DNA from: the human T2T-CHM13v2.0 reference genome, Homo sapiens
Assembly (NCBI RefSeq): GCF_009914755.1
Contig: NC_060931.1
Reading direction: 5' to 3' (one strand)
DNA: 64,000 bases
Shown: positions 52,201 to 64,000 of the stretch, piece by piece
How the letters are laid out: each line of letters begins with the position of its first letter
Position numbering within the stretch: position 1 is the first letter of the stretch
Program-made: the position numbers and the translations under genes
Notes under the pieces: model-generated
Database searches by the model: none
What the model was told of the DNA's origin: nothing
Seen by the model: only the letters and a program-made list of their open reading frames with translations

Positions 52201-52796
52201 AAAAAGGAAATGTTATTATGAAATCACAAGGAAGATAAAAGATATTTACTATTTATTAAATGGAATTGGATTATCATCAAGTCCTTCATCTTTGCCCTTG
52301 TCATACTGAGTAGGCTGAGGAAGAGGAAAAAGAAGAGAGGTAGGTCCCCCTGTCTCAGCTGTTGCAGAGGCAGAAGAAAATGTGTGTCTATGTGGACCCA
52401 TGAAGTTCAAACTCGTGTTGCTCAAAGGGCTACTGTGGTGGAAAGCCTTATATCCAAAGGTCTTCTCATACCCTGCACCAGCCCTGTCAACACTCCTATC
52501 CTGCCAGTAAAGAACCCAAACCAAATGGTCAAAAACATTAATTTGCTCAAGAGCTCAGGGCCATCAATAAAATTGGTATTTCTTACTTCCCAAACCCAAA
52601 TACCATAATGCCATCAATTCCTAGTAATGCCAGTTGCGTCACTGTAGTGGACCTTTCCTCTGTCTTTTCCAGTGTGCCCCTAGACCAGGAGAGTTAGCAC
52701 CTTTTTACCTTCTCCTGGAGGCAGATGACAAGAGTATACCTGGACAGTCGTGCTCCAAGTGGTCACTGAAGCCTCTTTCTACTTCTCCCAGGTCCA
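49300..52796 (+). pseudogene. Decayed class-I (ERV1) endogenous retrovirus internal region: leader-gag-pro-pol(RT N-terminal part)
   Basis: Matrix-like NFTKDDLVIQWPLW (~50100); degenerate zinc knuckle CRYCKQKGQ-KENC (~51280); protease SYQFLVDMGIT (51461); RT QYPLKPEA (~51955), LIPCTSPVNTPILPVKNP, QELRAINK, VVDLSSVF, YTWTVVLQ. Left boundary uncertain. Confidence 0.85.
51994..52435. mobile_element. Tigger2a (MER28)-type non-autonomous Tc1/pogo element
   Basis: TIRs CAGTGGACCCTTGAACAA and TTGCTCAAAGGGCTACTG; 442 bp; splits the ERV RT frame. Confidence 0.88.
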
Positions 52797-55075
52797 AGAT
52801 CTACATAAAGGCCATGGCTAGAGGGACATGGGATCAAAAACATTGAGATATTTTCTCTCTCTCCACTAATGTGCTGATATAGCTCCTCTGTACCTCCTCC
52901 AAAACAATCATTTTCTTAATCTAATGACTTGATTCCTTTTTTCTAGTAATTTTAATTTTTCTATTGTATTTTCCTCTGTCAACTTCTCTCTCTTGTTTCT
53001 CTCATCGTCTTTTATTCTTTTTCTTCTACTAATCTCTGCTTTCCTTTTCAATGAACTAGGATAGTGGATTTTATTAACAGAAAGGAACACGTTTCTAACA
53101 ATGAGCACAAATATTCATACTCAATTATACTTTTTCCCACTGTGGATCAAAAACTTGGGGCAGCAAAGAGCCTCTGTCCCTTGGCTATAGCAAAAATGTA
53201 TACTTTTATGATCTGATATCAGGAAGCAGTTTATAGAGTTCAATATATTGTCTTGTTGAGATATCTAACCTTGGGTGAAAATGTTACCTTCTTCTAACAG
53301 ATATTATAAGCTTAATAATAATATCCAACTCTGGTTAGACTTGAGAACATTAGCATATCCTGGCATGAATGGATATCAATTGATCAGAATGTAGTAAGGA
53401 CTATATAATTGTTAATCATTCATTTTCAACTACTTATTCTAAGAAAAATAATCAAAAAATGTTTTGAGCACAAATATGTTAATTTAACTGATATATTATA
53501 TTATATTAGTAATACAAACGTAGAAAGCAAGCCAAAATAACAAAAGTAGAATGATTTATCTGTTGCACTAAGTTTGACATTTAGCATAGCTTATGACACA
53601 GAGTAAATGCTAAATTTAAAAGAAACTAATTGAATAAAACATAATTAATCTATTGAATAAAGTTAGTAGAAAAATAATTTGCTGCATGAAACATGTTTAC
53701 AAAACACGCTAGGTTTTTAACTTCAACAAAAATATGTGTATTAGCTATAATTGCAACTATGAAAATACTGAATGCATGTGCATAAAAATACTTGATTTTT
53801 AGGGTGGAAGGATTATAGAAAGCTTTTTTAAAAAAGTTACTTTCTACATGTCAAAGCCTTGTACTTAGAACACGAAATAATGAGAAAATTAAGAGAATAT
53901 TTACCTTTATGTAAGTCATAAGTGTAAGAAATCTCTGAATTGTGATTTTAGCTGTTTGAAAATAAGCTTTTATAGCTATTAAATATTTCTAAAGTTAAGA
54001 TCATTTTTGTATAACTTTTGATTTGGTCTGTAAAGTAAAAAGATGAATGAATACAGTTGACAAGAACTTGATCCACATACATATTGGCACATTCTTCAAG
54101 GCTCTGTTTCTTGTTTAAAGTTCTCTGGAATAAAACTATTACTGACAGTGATGGATTCCATGTTATTTTTTCATTAAATCCAAAACTCAACTGATGTTGA
54201 TTTTGCCAAATTTCTGTCATTTCTTTATTGCTGAGGATTTTATTGTGAAATGAAAGTTTCCAGGGCATTAATTGCTCCCTTGAAATGCTGCACTCTCATT
54301 TGTCTCAAGGTCTTCTTTTCATGGCATTTTTACCTCCTCATAGTTGTTGAAATTAATGACTAATATATTCAGACTTGAACGCATTCCTGCAACCCATAAT
54401 AGTGTTAATTAGTGTCTCGATTGGACAGGGTATAACAAAAAATATGCATATTGTTTTATATAAAGAATGACATACATGGAATTAGAAAATGCATGACATT
54501 TACTCACTTCATAAAACATACAGTAACATGGTATGGAAGGCATTACCATATTTAGGTTAACGAGGATCAGAGGTCATTTTGAAGGTAGCTTAATGCCTAA
54601 TCTCCAATATTTCCTGACAGTTCATTTGTTTGTAAATATTACTGGTGTCAGAAAGGCCTTTCATCCTTAGCAGTGAAGTGCTAGTAATATACGCTAACAA
54701 ATAAGACCAAGTCCAGTCTGCTTGGCAGACACTTAGGCAAATTTGATTAGCCTTATGATGGCCTGCTTGACCAGAAATGCCAAGAGTAGCTGTAGTCCAA
54801 CTCAAAAAGGAACTTGCTAAATCAACCATTCGTTAAAGAGAAATGTTTTCTTCTGCCATGATTATCCTTTATAACCTCCCTGGTTGGAGAAGTAAGCTTG
54901 TCCTCAGGGGTTACTTGCATTATTCTAAGAAATTTGCTTCACTGGAGTCCTTATGTCTTCTCTTTCTATGTTTTTGGATCCTGACATTTTCAACTCCACT
55001 TCTGAACACTCAGAGTCTTCTTCTTAACTATATCTGTGGATTAGAAAATATACCCATTATTCATCACATACACAC

Positions 55076-56045
55076 CATGATATTATGATAGATGTATTTT
55101 AATTTTCATCCATTACTTCTGGCTCTCAGCTCCTGTGAGCCTTGTTACTTCCTAAGTGACTAAAGCAGTAAGAATAACTTTTGTTCAAGTATTTAGCCTT
55201 TGTCCTTGGTTCCTGAAGTAGATCTTGAACAATAAAGGTTAGAGGCAGCCTTGTGTTATTTACAACAAGCCCTTTCAAAGAAATTTATGTTAATGAGGTG
55301 ATTTTTGGAAAGCCTTGGAAACCACTGGATGTCCAGGAGGATCAGCCAAGTGTCCAGAGGGATTAAATTTTCAGGGGAGGGCAGAGAGGCTAAAGGTCAA
55401 GTTGATCACTGAAGGCCAATGGTTAATCAATCATGCCTACATAATGAAGCCTCCACAAAAACCCAACAGGACAGGGTCCAGGAAGCTTCTGAACACATGG
55501 AGGCTGACAGGAAGCTGCACAAGAGCTCATTCACATGCCAGGAGGGTGGCACTCCCTAGCTGCACAGGGACAGATGTTCCTGCACTTAGAACCTTCCAGA
55601 TCTCACCCTATGTATCTCTTCATCTAGTTCTTTATTTGTGTCTTCCAAATATCTCTTGTAATACACTGGTAAATGTAAATGCCTGAGTTCTGTGAACTAC
55701 TCTAGCAAATTAATTGAAGCTGACAAGGGGGTTGTGGGAACCCTGATTTATAACTGGTAAAATAACGTGGGGGCTTTGGATCGGCATCAGAAGTGGAGAA
55801 GGAGGGAAGTCTTGCAAACTGAGCCCTCTACCTGTGGGATCTGCTACTATCTCCAGATAGATAATGTCAGAATTGAATTGGAGGATACCTAGCTGGTGTC
55901 TGCTGCAGAAATTATTGCCCTCTTGTGGGTGGGGAGAAATCCCTACACATTTGTTCAGAGAACTCTTCTACATAGATGCTTATTATTGTTGTGGTGTGAG
56001 AGCAAAGAAGAAAAAGAGTTTGAGCTGTTTTTCCATTCTCAGACA
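55076..56045 (+). mobile_element. MER21-family LTR
   Basis: GGCCAATGGTTAATCAATCATGCCTACATAATGAAGCCTCCA; CTGAGTTCTGTGAAC...TAGCAAATTAATTGAA; CAGAATTGAATTGGAGGATACC. Confidence 0.82.
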
Positions 56046-58441
56046 TATATATTAGAGGATGGTATAAAGATTTCTATGACCCTAAGTAGATATTCTGAAC
56101 CATTGTTTTGATCTCTGACCCCTGTTAATGAAGATGTGTTTGGTACAACATATTTTTGATGTTAATCAATCTATTTATGCACACTTTCATTTGTTAGGTT
56201 TATATAATCTTGCTTTTTCCAAACTGCATTCACTTGTCTCATTTTCAGTTGTAATGCAATATTTCTGTGGCAATACTATGAAGCTTCCAATGAAGAGTTA
56301 CGTTGTCCTCCTCCCCGGTCAAACCCTCCTGGGACCCACTTACTGTGTTAGAATCTACTGTCAATTTTCCAATCAACAATGATCAGGAAAACACATAAAC
56401 TAGAGGACATCTTGTTCTACTCAACAATGCTGGAGAGCTAGATATAAACCACGAAAGAGTTCTGAAACAAGGTACGTGGTAGAAGATGGACGTTTGTTCA
56501 TTTGTTGCCTCTCAAAGAGTGTTGAATAGGGAGCAGCAGACTTAGAGGGTGTGTCTTTATCTAGCTTCCAATCCCCACTCCTGAAGAGTGAATATAAGAA
56601 ACATTTCTGGAATTATGGTACAGATTCCTGAATCTCCTCTGCAGGTGAGAAGCTTGAAATGTCATCTGAAGAGCAGGCACCAAGGCATTGCCCAGCAGCT
56701 GTGCCTGGAAGCTGCTGCCCACTTGTCCCCTACACCTGCAAGGTGGGGGGCACAACATGATCTGAAGCCACACTCAGACATCAGTGGTCATGATATCAGA
56801 CTGACTCAAATGATGGCCAGGGAACCTCTCTAGTCCCTCATTTGTTTGTAGCTGTCACTGCAGCCTGGTCATCTAGTAAAGACCACAGCAGCCAAATATG
56901 CAACTTGTGCTGCTGCTCTGAGTCTCATTTTGTGACAGTCACTTTATTCCCCAAAAAACTCAGAAGCCCCATAATATGAAAGCATCTCTAAAAGAGGTAA
57001 AAGAGGAAACCCTTGAGAAGGGGGAAGAAATCCGTGAGAAGCAGGTTTTGAATTGGACAGTGATTGAGATAATGATACTTGAATTTGAGTTAAGAATTAC
57101 AGAACAAGACAAAGTGTACCAGATTAGACTAAATTAAGTTTTCCACTATTAGTAAAATTGGTGCTCTGGAGCTAGAATAATCTTGCTTTTATAATTTTTT
57201 GAAAGTTCCTGGATTTGTGGAATGCAGCACTAGTGAAACTTCATATTCTTTAGATATATGAATATTCACACAAACTTGATGAAGTGGACAGATAAATTAT
57301 CATTATTATCATTTAGAAATGAATAATTTGAGCTTCAAAGGAACTGGGTTTGCCTTGAAAACCACAGTCTACTCATTTCAAAACCAGCGTTTGTCCTATT
57401 CCTCGGATAGACCTTCCAAATATTCACCAAGTACACTATGCTTAATCATGGCAGAGAATACATGTGTCACACTTCTTTAGGATTGGGAAAAGTTTTCATA
57501 ACAATTACTATTTAATTGCATTTATAATAAACTTTGCAAATCAAATTTTCATTATATAATATCCCAGCCAGAGGCCTTACCCTCAAAAAGAATATAGGTT
57601 GATAAGGTAAAGGAGATGTCAGTGTCTTAAGTAACTAAAAGATTTGAAGAAAATTCGGAGTGGTAATAAATTTATAAGGATTTTCTCAGAGGGCACTAAA
57701 CCCTTTTCAATACAACAGAACACAGAGGTACCACACCAACTCACCCAGCCCCACCCTTTCTCTCAGGAGGAAGCAGGAGGGCGTGAGTGACTGCCAAGAG
57801 CAAGACCCCGGACCAGAGCTGCAGGACTGAGGCAGGGGCAAGGTGTCCTGGGCAAAGCAGGACACTGTTATGGAAAACTACAAACCCGACTAAGGTTTTA
57901 CCTCTAGTGAAATGTTTAACGCAGCTTCTAATGACTTTATGTAGACTATCACGTTGACAATACCCCTTTATTTTTTGGTTCATGATAATTTTGAAAAATA
58001 GTAAGAGTAACAGAATTTTTTTTAAGTTTTTGCCTAAAATGGATGAGATTGAAACATTAAAAAATAAATCTTCCAAAACACATTCACGTGAAAAATCACA
58101 TTTGCTTTAGTATATAATTTCCTCTGTTTATATGGTAAGAAAAAAGGCACTGGAAACTCTAAAAAGTGTGTATAGCATTAGCTTATTATACCTCACAGTT
58201 ACGAACATTTATTGAATTCTCACTGTGTACAATTCATGTGGTTAGAAGTCTGCATATTTGCAAAAAATTAAGATAACACGTGTTTTGTTCTCAAAGGATT
58301 TGTAAAACAGTGGAGGTGATAGATAATTCAGCAAGGATATCAAACTAAACACAGAGGTAGAAGAAAGATAAAGTGTTTAACACTGAATATGATAATGTAG
58401 GCCTGCTTTATTGAAGCAGTATCATTTAGGTCATTTTGGTA

Positions 58442-58945
58442 TGTGTGTCAGTTATCCATGTTTTGCCTTTCAGCTCTAAATCCTTTGCCCTGCTTTGGGA
58501 CACTTGGAGCTGGACCCTGTGAACAATTCTCCTTTAACAGCTGGCACAATGCTAAACATTGTCAGTAGAGGGTGCTGGAGAGACACTGTCCCAGGAAGAT
58601 GCTATCTTCCGGGTTCTGGTGTGCTTCCCCCATCCTGCTCCTGTGGTGCCTGACTGACAGCTCCTTGCATTGCACCCAGTGGCAACTGTCCTCACCCAGG
58701 TAGAGGCTTCACAGCAAGTTTCACTTTTCAGTGCAAAAAAGTAGATGGCTTCCCAGAGTCTTGCTGGTCACCGAATGACTGGTTTTCTGCTTGCCATTTT
58801 GGCCTGGGCCACTTCTGTGAAACCCTCTACCATCCAGCTGGTCATAGCCACACTCTCTTCAACCTGACCTGCATGACACCCTGAGAGGGTGGGAACTCTT
58901 ATCCAGGTTTGTTCCTTCTTTGGGGTTCACTCCAAATTCCTGCCA
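58442..58945 (+). mobile_element. LTR41-like ERVL LTR
   Basis: TGTGTCAGTTATCCATGTTTTGCCTTTCAGCTCTAAATCC...CAGTAGAGGGTGCTGGAG; right boundary approximate. Confidence 0.65.
58562..58577 (+). promoter_or_regulatory. Candidate CTCF motif inside the LTR41-like element
   Basis: TCAGTAGAGGGTGCTG resembles the CTCF core CCAGTAGAGGGCGCT with two mismatches. Confidence 0.35.
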
Positions 58946-59485
58946 ACTCATTTCTATTTGTGTGAGGAATTCTGATTTATGTCTATTTGCAGCCATCATT
59001 ACTTTTCTGATATCTATCCTATTCATTTTATTCTGAAAATCCCAAACAATCCCAGGATGTTTTATAACTAAGAAGCAACCAGCTCAACATCGCTGTTGAG
59101 ACAGAGGGGTGCCAATTCAAGCCATCCCTCCCAGGATCAGATGGCTTGTCCTAATGACCCATTGACACTATTGGGGTGTTGACTACACATTTTCTCCTGT
59201 GTATATCTATTTATTTCTAACTGCACTATTGTATGTAGTACTATAAACTGTGCAAAGATGATGTTTTCAGGGAAACGGGAACATGGAAGAGGATGCAGCA
59301 GGAACATTGGAGCCAGTTAACCTGCATTTGAACCCTGGGCCTGAGCTTTGCTGATTATGTTTTTGATCAACTTAATTTTTCTGAAGATTAGTTTTATGAA
59401 ATATGTAACCACACTCCCTTACTTGCCTTATCTCTGTCTTTCCAAGCTCCTCTAAATGACATAATTTTGTCTCTCCTTTAAAACT

Positions 59486-59556
59486 ATAGTTTGGTATTGC
59501 CATTTTTGCCATTACTTTCAACAGCAAAAACTGTAAATACTTTTGTACCAACCTAA
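59486..59556. mobile_element. MADE1 (Hsmar1-derived MITE), left arm partly deleted
   Basis: TTTTTGCCATTACTTTCAACAGCAAAAACTGTAAATACTTTTGTACCAACCTAA matches the MADE1 palindrome. Confidence 0.88.
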
Positions 59557-60471
59557 CAATTATAATCAAATCCCTAAGCTAATTTTGATCAGGCAGAAAT
59601 GGATGAGTCAATTCTACCTATTGATGATTTGCATCATTCTTTACATAGGTTTCATTGTGTACTTAGGAGAATTCTAAGTACCCATTTACCCTGCTTTAAC
59701 ACTCAGGAGTATTTTAAAAGAATATTTATTTATTATAAACATTAAACCCATATAAAATTAGAGACAAGGGTATAATTGAAGCTCTGTTAACTCACAACCT
59801 GCAACTTATAGTTGTTAAAATTTTAGTATATTTCTTTTATCCTTTTGGATTTATTTATTGTTATTGCTAAAAATTTTTAAGGTAGATTATATGTATTATA
59901 ATGTTTCGCTCTTAAATAATTCAACATTCATCTACAAAAAATGAGGACATTTTCTAACACAACCATAATGCCATTATCACAACTGACAAAACTGCAATTA
60001 ATCTTTACTAATGTCTAATATCCAACCAGTTTTCACATTTCGCGTCAAAATAAATATCTTTATTAGAAATAAGAAGGTATATAGGCCCACCCCAGTGAAT
60101 TTTTCTGTTAAATTTTTTTTAAACAGGAATATATTCTTTCTGTGCTTTTATATGTACTTTCTCATGATGTAAACTTGAAGAAGGCAGTTTTAGTCAATTT
60201 TTCTCATGGGGGCATTTATCATGTTCCTCTATCCTTTTAATTTTAGATACAGTATAAATGAGCTCTAAATGCTTTTTAGGATAAATTTGATTTTTTTTTG
60301 CAAGAATATAGTATAAAGAGTGTTGGGAATGTTAGTTAGCCATGAACTTTTTATTACACCAAACATCAGTTAATTTCTTGAAGATTGGCTTTTGAAGGAA
60401 GTTCAAGGAAACAGTATATGATGACTTCTAAATTAAAATAAAAATAAAAGTCAGTTATCTCAATCATACTC

Positions 60472-64000
<3,529 letters not shown>

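Noticed and set aside
49300-52796. Domesticated retroviral gene
   Set aside because: Multiple stops and frameshifts, a lost zinc-knuckle histidine, a mutated protease motif and a MITE insertion; no env seen.
55076-56045. MER21 LTR as the 3' LTR of the upstream ERV remnant
   Set aside because: Separated by 2.3 kb of unrelated AT-rich and L1-like DNA, with no adjoining polypurine tract or matching 5' LTR.

Overview
This is primate (human-like) non-coding genomic DNA, AT-rich and CpG-depleted, and more than half of it is recognisable transposable-element sequence. I find no intact protein-coding gene, RNA gene or CRISPR array. The ORF track consists of chance ORFs, microsatellite read-through and decayed LINE-1/ERV frames. 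Content: nine Alus; several LINE-1s (a near full-length old L1PA15/16-like copy with a tandem ~113-bp monomer array in its 5'UTR, a twin-primed inverted L1, a TSD-flanked truncated L1, a younger L1PA4/5-like copy running off the right edge, and ancient L1M host sequence); a dense set of ERV/MaLR LTRs (two MER11, two MER34-like, a complete MSTA element, MER4-, LTR18B-, MER66-, THE1D-, MLT2-, MER21- and LTR41-like); a decayed class-I ERV gag-pro-pol remnant split by a Tigger2-type MITE; a MADE1 MITE; and MIR/L2 remnants. Subfamily names come from recalled consensus sequences and need RepeatMasker/Dfam confirmation. I cannot support a new biological system here. The best leads are the L1 monomer array, the nested LTR stack with a microhomology deletion, the template-switch scars, the ERV remnant, and a few candidate regulatory elements or non-coding exons in the unique sequence.
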